A DNA stretch of 64,000 nt from Andalucia godoyi And28 (Eukaryota > Protista > Jakobida). A model generated the notes under the pieces. The model saw only the letters and a list, made by a program, of their open reading frames with translations. It was not told the origin of the DNA and did no database searches. The DNA is taken from NCBI GenBank assembly GCA_009859145.1, contig VRVR01000041.1:81266-145265 (forward strand), read 5' to 3'. Below are positions 22,726-34,248 of the stretch, one piece after another (the stretch's first letter is position 1; every line of letters begins with the position of its first letter). The translations under genes were made by a program, and so were the position numbers.

Positions 22726-23685
22726 TCATTGATCTTCCAGTCTTGTACCTCGGTGTCTATTGCGCCACGATATTCTGCGTCGAATCCACCACGCGATTCC
22801 CATGACTGCAGCAATAAAGACCGACACAAACACCACTGCAATAATCACAGATGCGACGGGAGAAAGGGCTTCGCTGTCAGACTTATCGCAGGATGATTGT
22901 TGAGAAGGGTCATTGAGACCGTTAAGAACATACGATCGCAAAATTCGATTCAGCTTCGGGAATTGCTGAACCAGATAGTCATTTCCGTAATACTGAAGGA
23001 GAGACAAGCTCGGACCAGTGCAGTTCTTTTGCGGATTGTCTACGCAAACCTCCTGGACCTCGCCGTACGAAAAGAACAGATCGACAACTCGAGTCATATC
23101 AGAGAGAGAAACAAATCCAATAGGAGTAAAGCCATGTGCATCCAGTCGTGAATTGTTTCTGTAATTGATGTATAATTCACTCGTTCGATTGACAGCCATC
23201 TGCGTCGTCGGTTCGTACTCGCAAGAATATGACACAACACCTCGGAGATTAGATGTTCCTGGCACCAGTGGCTCGTCAGGCAAGATCGTGTGGTACCGAT
23301 CTTCATTTTCCCATCTCCACACCTCAGTCAGCGCAGGCGATCCAGACGTCCCAAACTGCGCTACCCAGTCGTGAAGGACTCGATAGAAGTACGCATCATC
23401 GTAGAACCCAAGCGAGGCGAGGGCCCAGAAACGATCTACTCCATGTGGACTCCAAGAGCGAACCGCATTGATATCAAAAGTACCAACATCCGTCTCCACT
23501 CGAACGACAAATTCCGCGGGCGCCTGCTGCCCGAACAGACCGTGCGCCGGACAAAGCAGAGGCATCCGAGAGCACGTCGCAGGAATTCCGTTGTCTGAAA
23601 TGTGTCCCTGACCGTACGTAGGAACACACAGATATAGCCACACGCTTCCCAGTAGCAAAACAACCCACATTTGGATGGGTTGCAT
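22726..23685 (-). CDS. Cyclophilin-type PPIase-like protein with signal peptide and C-terminal TM helix
   Basis: MQPIQMWVVLLLGSVWLYLC signal; FVVRVETDVGTF, WSPHGVDRF, FYRVLHDWVAQFG, LYINYRNNSRLDAHGFTPIG; TM IIAVVFVSVFIAAVMGIAWWI followed by RRR. Confidence 0.8.
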   Translation of the reverse strand: MQPIQMWVVLLLGSVWLYLCVPTYGQGHISDNGIPATCSRMPLLCPAHGLFGQQAPAEFVVRVETDVGTFDINAVRSWSPHGVDRFWALASLGFYDDAYFYRVLHDWVAQFGTSGSPALTEVWRWENEDRYHTILPDEPLVPGTSNLRGVVSYSCEYEPTTQMAVNRTSELYINYRNNSRLDAHGFTPIGFVSLSDMTRVVDLFFSYGEVQEVCVDNPQKNCTGPSLSLLQYYGNDYLVQQFPKLNRILRSYVLNGLNDPSQQSSCDKSDSEALSPVASVIIAVVFVSVFIAAVMGIAWWIRRRISWRNRHRGTRLEDQ

Positions 23686-24117
23686 TCTTTCAAAAGAGAA
23701 AATAAAAAATATTATTAAAATCAACAACAGCAAACCACCCCACCAACCAAACAAGCAGCCAAACAAACAGACCAACAAAAAACGAAGACCGAGTTTCGTG
23801 TGTGTTTTCGCAAATTGGCTTCTGGGGCTTGAGTCAACAACAGGCAGACTGGAATGCTGTAATAGTTGTGTCATTTGGAAATAATTTTTATTGTTCAATG
23901 TTTTCCGCATTGGGATCTGTCGAAGAAAGCAACAACAACAAACAAACGAGAAACTGTGAGTAAAAATGCATTCCGCAACAACACAACACAATTAATAAAA
24001 TTAAAAAAAAAAGAAAAAGAAAAGGAAGTTCCGTATGGCGTCAGTGAGGGGCGCTTAACTTCACGGTGTAGTTTTTGGTAAAACTCAGAAGCAGAACTGG
24101 ATGAAAAACCCTAGTCA

Positions 24118-25098
24118 TCATTTCACACACGGGAACTGGAAAAAACAACAACAACAAACAACGGAGATATAATGGAAAGGAGAGACTGATAAGACCAAAA
24201 ACATACCTGATAAATTAAGAAGTGAAGAAGAATCACGCGCCACCCCATGAACATCTTCGGGGCCAAATGCAATCGACACATGCGGACAGAACATGTGATT
24301 CCAGCCACAAATTCTCCCAAAAGGCTCCCTGATTTCAGTCAGCCAGTCCCACTTGTACACGAGGAATAGCGCTACACACTGCACATTCGATTGATGTACG
24401 GCAGAGGAGCACGCAGACCCAACACCAAGACACTGCAGTGATCGGATTCCTTCATCAATTTGCCGTTCTAGAAACTGCAGCAAATGCCATGAAAAGATGA
24501 CTTTCGAAGTTGTCAGTTCTGTCTCCAGACCGGAGAGCCCAAAGACATCCAGACAGATACTTTTTCTGTAATCCCACATATTTGCCAGCTCCTCTTTGGA
24601 AAAGACACACATCTGGAGGAACGGTCCGTCGCGAGCCACTCTCGTTTGCTCCAGCTTTGCACTTGGCAGCACTTCAGCAGGGATTCGTTGTCTGAAATGC
24701 TCCCAATCCAATTCAAACCGGGTAGCAACCAGAGCGACAAAAGACGGAGGACATCGGAGTGAGAAACCAGCAGTGCGATATTTCTCCCAGTCCGCTGATA
24801 TTGTCCTTGTGACCACTTCTGCCAAGCTGCCGACACGTCTGAAGTGCAACCCTTTTGCAAGTGTAATCTGCACTGCCGGTTCGGCGGCTACCGCAGACAT
24901 TGGCGTTGTCAAGGATGAAGACGATGCATTCGCGGACGGAAGATCAACGGTAGACACCTCAGCATCTATCCTGTCTGCAAGCGCGTACACAAACAACCGA
25001 GACTGGCGGTCCGTAAAAGGACCAAGTTGCAGGGTCTTTTTCGCCGGATCTAGGACAAAATCATGAATCTGGCGTGATACACAAGACAAGATATCCAT
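24118..25098 (-). CDS. R3H-like domain plus 2H phosphoesterase-like domain (3' end may include a 71-nt intron, 24206-24136)
   Basis: GPFTDRQSRLFVYALADR (R3H-like); QMCVFSKEEL and PHVSIAFGPEDVHGVARD resemble the two motifs of Swiss-Army-Knife-type 2H domains. Confidence 0.55.
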   Translation of the reverse strand: MDILSCVSRQIHDFVLDPAKKTLQLGPFTDRQSRLFVYALADRIDAEVSTVDLPSANASSSSLTTPMSAVAAEPAVQITLAKGLHFRRVGSLAEVVTRTISADWEKYRTAGFSLRCPPSFVALVATRFELDWEHFRQRIPAEVLPSAKLEQTRVARDGPFLQMCVFSKEELANMWDYRKSICLDVFGLSGLETELTTSKVIFSWHLLQFLERQIDEGIRSLQCLGVGSACSSAVHQSNVQCVALFLVYKWDWLTEIREPFGRICGWNHMFCPHVSIAFGPEDVHGVARDSSSLLNLSGMFLVLSVSPFHYISVVCCCCFFQFPCVK

Positions 25099-25593
25099 TG
25101 TATGAAGAGAGAAGGAAGGAAAAAGAAAGAGGGGGGGAAGGAAAGGAAAGAAAGAGAAAACAGAAGAGGACAGACAAAAGCACCATAGAAAAGTCTTCGA
25201 AAAGAAACTGAGCCGAAAGCGCGATGTGCGAGCGAGCTGACAATTGACAAGCGCTCTGGCACGCGATGATGACACAAGTGACAGGTCAGTGTCGCCTGTC
25301 AGACTTACAGCAGACGACGACGAGGCGCCCATTCCTCGCGAGTGCGACGTGCAAGGGACGCCTTTCCCCGAAGACATTTCCTGATCACGCTGCATTGTTA
25401 TCCAACGCCTACCGGAATGCCATTCGAATTCCTACTGCGCTTGCAACAAATGCAAAGGAGGCATCCTGGAGAAAGATGCGAGGAGGCACACGGTGGAACC
25501 ACAAAATGCTCTGTTCTCACCGTCTGGGGACGGCATTGCTCTGAGGACCGAGGGGTGCAATCGAAACTCAGTTCATCAATTCAGTTCATCAAT

Positions 25594-26145
25594 TCAGTTG
25601 GTCAATTCAGCATCTTGGTCCATAATCATTTGCACCTCCTTTTTGCGCTGCTCGATTTCCTTGAGTTTCTTTTCATACACGCCGGGTGGCACAAACAATT
25701 CAATAAACTGTTGGTCCAGCATTCGCACCTTCGTTCCTGCAAATCTCCGGTACTCGTCGAAGATGGCGGTGAGTGACCAGTTCTGCGTCTTTCGCAGAGC
25801 GCCAACCATCACACCCGTTCTATGCTTACCCTTGTTGCAATGGATGAGAATCGGATGATTCGAGGGATCTACAAGCTGCACCAAGGCGGCGCGGATCACA
25901 TCATCCGGAATATCAATAAATGGCTCCTTGTTTCCTTCTACGCCATACTGCAGAATCTGAATTCCATGGCGGTCTGAAAACTCCACATTTGCGGGCAAGT
26001 ATTCTTCAGGACACATGAACAGGACCGATCGCAGTCCAAGTTTTTTCAGGAACGGAAAGTTCTTCTTTTGCGGATAGCCAGACCGGTAAATGCCAGGGCA
26101 CACCATTGAGAAATTGGGTGGCGGAACCAGAGACCTTTCACTCAT
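25594..26145 (-). CDS. SIW14: PFA-DSP/SIW14 family phosphatase
   Basis: LVPPPNFSMVCPGIYRSGYP, NKEPF, catalytic HCNKGKHRTG, FDEYRRFAGTKVRMLDQQFIELF. Confidence 0.95.
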   Translation of the reverse strand: MSERSLVPPPNFSMVCPGIYRSGYPQKKNFPFLKKLGLRSVLFMCPEEYLPANVEFSDRHGIQILQYGVEGNKEPFIDIPDDVIRAALVQLVDPSNHPILIHCNKGKHRTGVMVGALRKTQNWSLTAIFDEYRRFAGTKVRMLDQQFIELFVPPGVYEKKLKEIEQRKKEVQMIMDQDAELTN

Positions 26146-26532
26146 AACCCTCTCGTTTCTATCCTTTAGCAATGACCTGCCGTTCTTCTCAGGAAAAATA
26201 AATAAAAGGGCGACGACTTCTTTCTCCTTTTTTTTGTTTTTTTGTTTTTTTGTTTGTTTTGTTTTTGTGTGTATGTGTATGTGTTTTGAAGATGCTTCGA
26301 CGACATTTCGTATCAAAAAAGAAAAAGCCTTGAAGTGTGTTTTCTTCGAATGCCCAGTCTCCAGCACTCCGTCCCAGTCTTCCTCCGTAGCATCAAAGTC
26401 CATTACGGCGGGCAAGCCATCTCCTTTCGATAAACCGGCGAATGCGTGACAAATTTTCTCCGCTGCAGGTTTTCTCTGAGTTTCTTCCCTTTTGCTTTCC
26501 CTTCTACGTAAAGTGCATTATTTAACAACAAG

Positions 26533-28260
26533 ATGACGCTGATGAAGAAGGCAGTCATTGCAGTCGCGTCGGTGTGCGTGCTTCTACGCCTCGTGTCAGC
26601 TGGAAGTACACCGGGGTACACGACTGCGACGGTCACTTCGTATACAACACTGGGAAAATCGGGCCAATCGGTTCTTTTGCAAGCGCATCTTTCCCCGCTG
26701 ACTCCTTCGTCATCCTCTGGAAAAGAGCAGGCTTACGAATCGAGCCCTGTGTATGTAGCTGTTTTACGCGGCAGTCCCTCTGCAATCGGCTTTGACTATG
26801 GAGCCATGCTTGCCGCGTATCTTCCACCTATGTACACAGCCTTTATGAAACACGTTTTACCATCCACTCTTGAGCTCGATGTGTTGGAGGGTCTTGTGGA
26901 CTGGCAGTGGCGCGAGTTCCTCAGCCGAAGAGTTCCCAAAGAGCAGCTGGATGAAATTGCGGGGATCGAAGCTGGTTGCAAGTCAGCGTCTGTACTGGAG
27001 AGTCATGACGCCTTCACCTCGAATAATAACGCGAGTCTCTCGTGCTCAACGATTGTTGCCAGAATCCTTACTCTCGCAAATGCTCCGGGCGACCTGAGCG
27101 ATTTCAAGTATGTCTTGGAAGACGAGCTTCTGCATCCCTTTTCCTCTGTTTCCTCGACGCTCTTGTCGACGACGCCCGCTCTTCGTCGATTGAAGATCAC
27201 CGCAGCGTACATCGACGACATTCTTATTCCTGCACTGCGCGAAGTTGCGGAAAAGGTCCGAGGATGCTCCATGTTTGGTGTATGGGGCCAGCGCACTGTG
27301 GACGGTTCGCTGTATTCGGGAAGAAATCTCGATTGGACCAAGGATTCTGGTATCAATCAGTACAAGCTCATCACCGTATACGTTCCAGACCAGGAGATGG
27401 CCATCACCAGTGAGGACACTCGAGTGTCGCGGAGTGAAGCAGATGGTCCCCGCCGCCGTGATTCATCCCCGTCCCCGCCCCCACCACCCTCACCATCGAC
27501 TGCCACGTCTCCATTTGCTACAGTGGGCTTTATGGGATTTGTTGGTGCGCTTGCTGGCATGTCCAAGAGTGGATTGACCGTGCACGAGGCGAACCTCGAG
27601 ACTCGTGCAGAAACCTTTCGCGGTTTCCCTTGGGCCATGCGTCTGCGGTGGATTCTGGAACGTGGCGGACCTTCATTGTCGACCGTGAAGGAAATGTGGG
27701 CCGCAACGAACAACACCGTTGGATTCAATCATCAGGTGTGCTCAGCCTCTGACCGACAGTGCATGTTGCTGGAGACGATGAAAGAGTATTCGGCATATTT
27801 TGGACCGATGGATCCCAGAGAAGACGGTGCCACCTTTGTTGACCCAGTTAGTGGAAAGACTGTAGTATTCGGATTCCCCTCCACGGACGCGGTGTATCGC
27901 ACCAATCATGGATACGACCCGCGAATCCGAGAGCAATACAATTGGCCTGCTACCACGGGCGCCTTCAAGGACTCTGTTGTGCGATACAATCTTCTTGCGA
28001 ACCAAGTGCAGATTCCAGGGATGATCTTCGGGGTCGAACAGGCGCTTAATATGACTTCCATTCCAGGATCCAAGGGCGGGCTCGACGATTTCTACAAGTG
28101 CAATCCTGTTGCATATCCCAAGGGTTCAAACATTCTCTCTGTCATGTTCCATCCAGCATCACAGACTCTGTGGGCTGCCTGGGAAGACGGTACGGGAGAG
28201 TCGTGGGTGCCTGCGGCATGTGCAACGTATGTACAGATTGATCTATCCAAGCTTTGGTGA
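26533..28260 (+). CDS. Secreted Ntn-hydrolase (peptidase C45/acid ceramidase-like)
   Basis: Signal peptide, nucleophile motif GCSMFGVWG, GRNLDW, GMSKSGLTV, NNTVGFNH, RTNH. Confidence 0.8.
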   Translation: MTLMKKAVIAVASVCVLLRLVSAGSTPGYTTATVTSYTTLGKSGQSVLLQAHLSPLTPSSSSGKEQAYESSPVYVAVLRGSPSAIGFDYGAMLAAYLPPMYTAFMKHVLPSTLELDVLEGLVDWQWREFLSRRVPKEQLDEIAGIEAGCKSASVLESHDAFTSNNNASLSCSTIVARILTLANAPGDLSDFKYVLEDELLHPFSSVSSTLLSTTPALRRLKITAAYIDDILIPALREVAEKVRGCSMFGVWGQRTVDGSLYSGRNLDWTKDSGINQYKLITVYVPDQEMAITSEDTRVSRSEADGPRRRDSSPSPPPPPSPSTATSPFATVGFMGFVGALAGMSKSGLTVHEANLETRAETFRGFPWAMRLRWILERGGPSLSTVKEMWAATNNTVGFNHQVCSASDRQCMLLETMKEYSAYFGPMDPREDGATFVDPVSGKTVVFGFPSTDAVYRTNHGYDPRIREQYNWPATTGAFKDSVVRYNLLANQVQIPGMIFGVEQALNMTSIPGSKGGLDDFYKCNPVAYPKGSNILSVMFHPASQTLWAAWEDGTGESWVPAACATYVQIDLSKLW

Positions 28261-28409
28261 TTTTCTTGTGCTTTCTTGTTCTTCTTGAAATAATAAACAT
28301 TCCCTCCTTTTTTCTTCTTTTTGATAAAACAGAGTTACTTTTCATAATTTATTTTTAGTTCTTCATTTCCTCTTCTGCAGGGGGGTTTTTTTTTGTTGAA
28401 CAGTGTGTA

Positions 28410-29065
28410 TGAACATCAAACAATACCATACCGAAAGTTTTTTTAAAAGCACAAAGATTTCTTTTCAGAATTTTCTTCATTCTTCACTTCTTTTTCTTCT
28501 TCTTTCTATTATTTTCTGTTTGTATTATTTTTTTAAATTATCGAACCCTCAAGCAGCACCTCTTCAAAGACAAAACAACATCTCATGGCTCCAAAGAGGG
28601 ATCTCCCCAACAAACTCAAACCGGCCATGCCCGACGATACTGAGACCCAAGAAACCTGTTGATTCTCTCTCATCGGAGGCGGAGAGCAAGAAGAAGCGAT
28701 GGCCCTTTGATGCAGAGCAGTCTACATTGAAAAAGTCGGTGTTCGACCCAATTAAAAACACGTGGCTTGGATCTGTCTTCGGTGACAGCTTAGCGAATCA
28801 TGACCAACAAGGATTCATGTTTTGGCGAGCGGCTCTTTGGCCCAGTCCAATATTCTCAAATCGCAGAAATGAGAATAAAGGGCCAAAACCCAAATTGGGC
28901 AACTTCTGGCGTCTCCCCTCCAAAATGGAAATAGCGATCGGAAACCGCACGCATCCGAGCCGGATGTTGGACCGTGACTTGAAGCTGGACGTTGCACAAG
29001 AATTCCAAAGGGGTACCTGTCCTGCGCCGTTTGACGTCACCGATGGCTCCATAAGGAATTTCCGA
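28410..29065 (-). pseudogene. Internally deleted TnpB/Fanzor2-like relic (copy 3) with conserved 3' tail
   Basis: EIPYGAIGDVK (29062-29030), then in one frame FKSRS (28983), DPSHVFL (28773-28753) and SIVGHGRFEF (28641-28612). Homologous at the DNA level to 51205-51600. Confidence 0.55.
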
Positions 29066-29617
29066 TACGGACTATTTTGGAAAGTGCTTCACGACTACCC
29101 GGACCATCCGAACCGCTGCTGATTTCCCCCTCCCTCTCGACGCCTTCTGCTCGTTCACCCCTTTCCAGTGGAGCTATTGCATTGCGCCCATTCACTCCAT
29201 ATTTCCTCCGTTGTCATCATCGCTGCATGCTTCGTCGTCGCTGATTCTCGGCTCTTGCAGCGCTCTTTACAATTTTCTTCGTCTCGTCTGGCGTCTCTTA
29301 TCTTTCTAAATTTTCTTATTATTATTAAAACAGACTTCTGCTTTTCCCTTCTGTCCTGCTTTTCCTTTGTCTCTGCATTTCATTTCGTCTTCTCACCAAT
29401 CCTTTCTTGCATATCCAAGGGAGCGCGTCCCCAGCCCGCCTCTTCCGTCCAGGACTTCTTTCGTGTCGCAAATAGCCTGAATTGTCGTCTCTTCTTCTTT
29501 CCTCTCCACACTGATTTGATCCGTTTTCCTTCTTCTCTCCCCCTTCTCTCCCTCTCTCTGTCTCTCTCTGTTATAATGGTTTTGGTTTTGGTCGATTTCT
29601 GAATTCTTTTCCCAAAA

Positions 29618-31076
29618 ATGAGTGTCGTAGAGAGCCTCGGCACGGAAAGCGCACAACGGCAGCAGCCGCCGCCTATCTCAGTGTCGACGGCCAAGCCTCG
29701 GATTCTGCGCGTTCTGGTAGGGTCTCAAGTGTATCTCGTTCCTTCTGTGGTTGGAAAACGAAAGCTATCAACCTGGAAGATATTTCCATCTCTCACACGC
29801 ATGGTTGCTTCTTCTGGCCAGTATGATGGGCCTAACGTACCCTTCGCTGAAATGGGACAGTCTGTGATGCGCGAACAACAACGAGCGTTGGAAGAGCAGC
29901 CGCCGAACCCAAAGCCAAAGGATCTCGTTGCAGATCTCGAAACAAGGGTATTTGAGAATTTCAAGAATTCGCATCGTTCTTCTTCACATACATCAACTTC
30001 ATCATCATCAGGTTCGGGTTCGGGCTCGGGCCCATGTTCTGCGAGAACCGCGGATGTCGCAGCAGCAAGTGTGCGTTCTGGATCAAACTCAAATTCGAAT
30101 TCTCGTTGTGACAATCATGGTCTCGTCAGTACAAGTGGCTGCAGTATTGTGCACAGTGTTAATGATGGTGCCAGTGGTAGTGGTAGTGGTAGTGGTAGTA
30201 TCAGTGCAAATGGCAGTGCTCCTTTTAATGGAGTTCGTGGAGTGGATTCGGCAGCGTCGTTTCCTTCCCGGATTGCTTCTGGAGGAACGACATCACACAG
30301 CAATCCTTCAGTGTCAGAGTCAACACACTCATCTGTGACCTCGTCATCGAATCGTGGAGAAGGAACGAACGGTGCGATACCGCAATTCGCCGGAGTGAAA
30401 TCGGGTCTTTTCGACAGCAGTGTGAGCAACAAAACGGAATCGGAAACGCGCGACAACGAGCTTTCTTTTGTATCCTATGACTCCACCAGCCAGCAATTCA
30501 TTGTTTCATCTAGAAATCCTGAGGTTTATGCGGTTCTGTTTGACTGGCTGTTGAATGGTGTGTTTTTCGTTCCACATTACGTGTCTGTAGAAGACATTTT
30601 GAACGAACTGCAAGTTCTTGGGGCTCCCACTTCTGTTCTTCGAGAATTCAACCAGTCTGTGGCAAATTCCGACAGCCTGGGTTTGTCTTCAGCGCCCACA
30701 ACAACGACCGACGAATCTCACCGAAGCACTGCCACAAGACCTGGGATGTCGAATGCAGTCACAGATCGCAGAAATCCGCTTCCACCCTCAGCCGAGCTTG
30801 TCCACGATGTCGCGGATTCCATCCCGTATCGAGGGTCTGCATCATCTGGCAATCAAGCGTATCCCATCGAACAACAAACTGCCGGGGAATCGCGCGGCCC
30901 ACCAAACTGCCCAGAATATTCGTCTTCATCGCCATCCTCGCTCCGAAAGTCATTCTTGGTTGTTTCTGGTCATGAGTTTGTACCTGGTTCGGGACTCTCC
31001 AGTGGTGAACATGGCGAAAAGGCTCGACGGCCCAATTCTCCGTCTGCTGCTGCTGTTGCTACTGTCTCGTGTCATC

Positions 31077-31115
<39 letters not shown>

Positions 31116-33958
31116 GTCAGCAGCAACAGCAACAGCAGCAGCAACAGCAACAGCAGCAGCAACAGCAACAGCAGCAGCAACTCCTGGATGCAAGCCTCGC
31201 CGACCGCGCTCTCAACCACGCTTCGCTTCATGGACCCAGCGGACAGTTGACTCGACGCAGTCTGATGGAACAAACGGAATTGCTTGACAAATCGAGTGCT
31301 AGTAGAGATGGAAGGAGAGCTGACGGGTCGTCTGTCATTCGGAAAGAGTGGATTGCGCAGCAGCTCATCGAGTCCCACACAGCGGATGCCCGGTTTGACA
31401 ATCCAGTCCCCAATGAATCCCCTCCAACGTCGAATGAAGACCCAAAACATGTCGACAGTAGTCTGTCAGATGAAATGATCATGTACTCTCGTGACAGTTC
31501 CGAGCTGGTCTTGCAGCCGAATATTCCGCGGCCGCCGTCCAGTGAATCGGAACAGTTCGAGAACGTGAATTCAGCTTCTGGTAGTGGGCCTGACAGCCGT
31601 GCGAGCACGAGTGGATCCGCAGAAGACGGCGTCGCCAACGTTGGCCCAAAGGCCAAACGTCCTCGACTTGCCCAGACATCGCAAGCGGAGGCAACTCAGC
31701 ATGTTTTTGAAAACGGCGATTTTCAAAATAAGATTGTCTGTGCCCGAATCGGCTCATCAACAGCGACAATGCAGACGTCTGCAGATTCGAGGGACAATGA
31801 TGTCGAAGCGTCTCCTGTTCCGATTCAAGCAGTTGCAGCAAATCACTTTCTAAACAATGACATGGGTCTTGGAGATCACGATCTTTCTCTCGATCTGTGT
31901 GACAGCGGATCTTCCGGCGATTTCAATTTTGGTATGACTGCTGCTGTGGCAACGTCGAGAAACGCTCAACAGAGAATTCAAAATGCAGTGTGTCAGGTGT
32001 CTTCTTTTGATTTGCCTGCATCTCGCTCGGAGGCGTGCATTCCTCTATCCAAGCACATTCCTGAGAAAACCCGCACGTCGTTTCAATGCCAGAACAGCTC
32101 GAATCGAAGTTCGCACTCGGAGTCTGCTGCACCGATGACGGCATCTCCAAGCCGCCAATGCCCCACCGTAGGTAGCCGCAAGCAGCCGAAGAGCCAGTCT
32201 CCAAATTCTTCCCGCGATCATGTTTACCCGCAGGTCCCTTTATACGGTGGCATGTGTGTGAATTCGGATAGGAATTTATCCAGGGGCAGTGCCGTTGCGA
32301 CAACAGCAGTGACAGCGCCTCTTCCGAAGCGCCCACTGAACGCGTTCAATTTGTTTGCTTCTATACAGCGCGAAGAACTAAAGGATCTCTTGCCGTCGAC
32401 GGATTTGAAGTCAACGAACAAGCACATAGGCAAGTTGTGGAAAGAACTCTCGCAAGACGAAAGAGAAAAGTACAGAAATATATCGGAGGAGAAAAACCGT
32501 GAGTTTTCTGTGCAAATGGAGAACATGAACATCTTGCAAGACATCACTGCTGCCGATGATGCCAGTCGAATTCCGTTGCGGATCAAGACTGTCAAGCCAA
32601 ATGCTTACAACGAATTTCTTGCTACGCGGACCCCTGAAATCAGAGAACAGAATCCGAGCATGGATTTCCGAGAAATCATGAGAATCCTTTCCGATGAATG
32701 GAAGTGTCTGTCAGAGGAGGAAAAAGAGAAATTCCGTGAATCGTCAATGGAAAAAGCCCGTGCCCGCCGCGTTCGTCGTATTGAAGTAGCACAGAAGAAG
32801 ATGTGCGAGGATCGTGAGCGCAGAAGCCAGCACGTCTATCAGCGGCAGGAGCAATTTGCGCTTGATTATCAGTTAGCAGCGGCAGCCGCTGTTGCCGAGA
32901 CTGCTGGTGGTTCAGCGGCCATGCATCCGTTTTCCACTGCTTCGTCTATTCAGCTTGATGGTACGTCTCGCGATCGGTTTGGATCGTCAGAGGGATCGTG
33001 GATGCATTCTGATTCCCAGCGTCACCATGCTGCACCAATGTTTCCCAATCGCCAGCTGCAGGATGGCTTTGCTTCATTGGGAAGTAGAGTTTCTGAATTT
33101 CGTCATCGTCCAGGGGCACAGTCTTTTCAGGTTGTTGTGGACAGTTCTGGCGGATCGAAAACAACTTCTATTCCTCAGGATGGAGCACAGCCTAATGCTT
33201 CGAATGCACTGAATGCTGCGACGAACGCTCTGGCTTCATCATTGTCTGTGGCGTACGGTCTGTGGCCGCAGTTTAATTCCAGCCTCGCGAGTACGTTGTC
33301 ATTGCCCGAGTTGGCTAACAAACCTTCTCTTATGAGCAACATTCCTGGATTCCCAATGATATCGACTGTGACACCGGATCAACAGACGCAGAATTTTGCT
33401 GGAACGGCTTCTTTTTCCAGTTTGGTACAGATGCAATCACAGGCAGTTGAAAACCAGCAATTCCCGGTGTGGTCTGCGTCTTTTGGAACCTCGGGAAGTC
33501 TGCAAAGTTTGAACCAGTCTGCTGTGTCACATTCTGGAAAAGCCATGCCGAATATGCAAATGTTCAATGCGCCATTCGGAGCATCGTTTGCAATGGCTCT
33601 GCCATCGACGCAGGATGCACACAGTCACCACTTTGGGCACTCCAATAGCAATGCCAACTCCAGCTCTCTCAACCCAGCAAATGTCGACGATCATTTATCT
33701 TTTTCGAATTCATTTAGCTGCGGCATGGGCAGCGGACCATTTTATACCAATTTGCAGCAATTCGCAGGTTACCCGTCTTCGTCACTGCCGTTCTCAGGAG
33801 CCCCTGATATCACTGGCACCTCATCAAGCTTTACCTCAACATCCAATGGTGGTGGTGGTGGGTCTGCTGCGGCTCCTTCCTTCCCTGCATGTTCTGTTCA
33901 TCCTTCGTATGACACCCCTGCAAGCGGAAATTCTATTCCGCATGCGCGACCATACTGA
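29618..33958 (+). CDS. Two-HMG-box transcription factor with putative split BTB domain and polyH/polyQ tracts
   Basis: PKRPLNAFNLFA...IGKLWKELSQDEREKY and KPNAYNEFL...ILSDEWKCLSEEEKEKF HMG boxes; SRNPEVYAVLFDWLLNG...EDILNELQVLG BTB-like half. Confidence 0.85.
31079..31180 (+). repeat. Coding (CAT)12 plus CAG/CAA tract (His12-Arg-Gln21)
   Basis: Read directly, in frame, within the HMG-box gene. Confidence 0.95.
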
Positions 33959-34248
33959 TTCTCGGAATGCGGCCTCTTTCCCATCGCTCTTTCCAGTTCT
34001 GTCTTGGTGTTCTCCTCCTTCCTTTCCCCATTCTCATTCTGATTCGTTCATGTTCCCAGTTCTTGATGTTGCATGTTTTCTGTACGCCACTGTATTGTAT
34101 TTGTATTGTATTCTTTGGTACTGTACTTTTCTGGCATCCGTTTCGATTATCATGTATTCTATAGCGCACTTCGCACGTTCGTCGCAATTCACAAAGTGCA
34201 GTGTGTCGTCTTATTTTGCAAGTAAATACATTTTTTGTTGCACCAACC

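Noticed and set aside
1-28260. Sphingolipid gene cluster (SGPL1 plus ceramidase-like hydrolase)
   Set aside because: The genes are 26 kb apart with many unrelated genes between them, and the hydrolase substrate is unknown.
28585-28662. Short ORF MAPKRDLPNKLKPAMPDD shared with 51426-51313, which looks like an NLS-bearing gene start
   Set aside because: Both copies stop within 25-37 codons, and the opposite strand carries the in-frame DP.HVFL and VGH..F Fanzor-like motifs. It is most likely an antisense by-product, including the listed 239-aa ORF 28403-29122.
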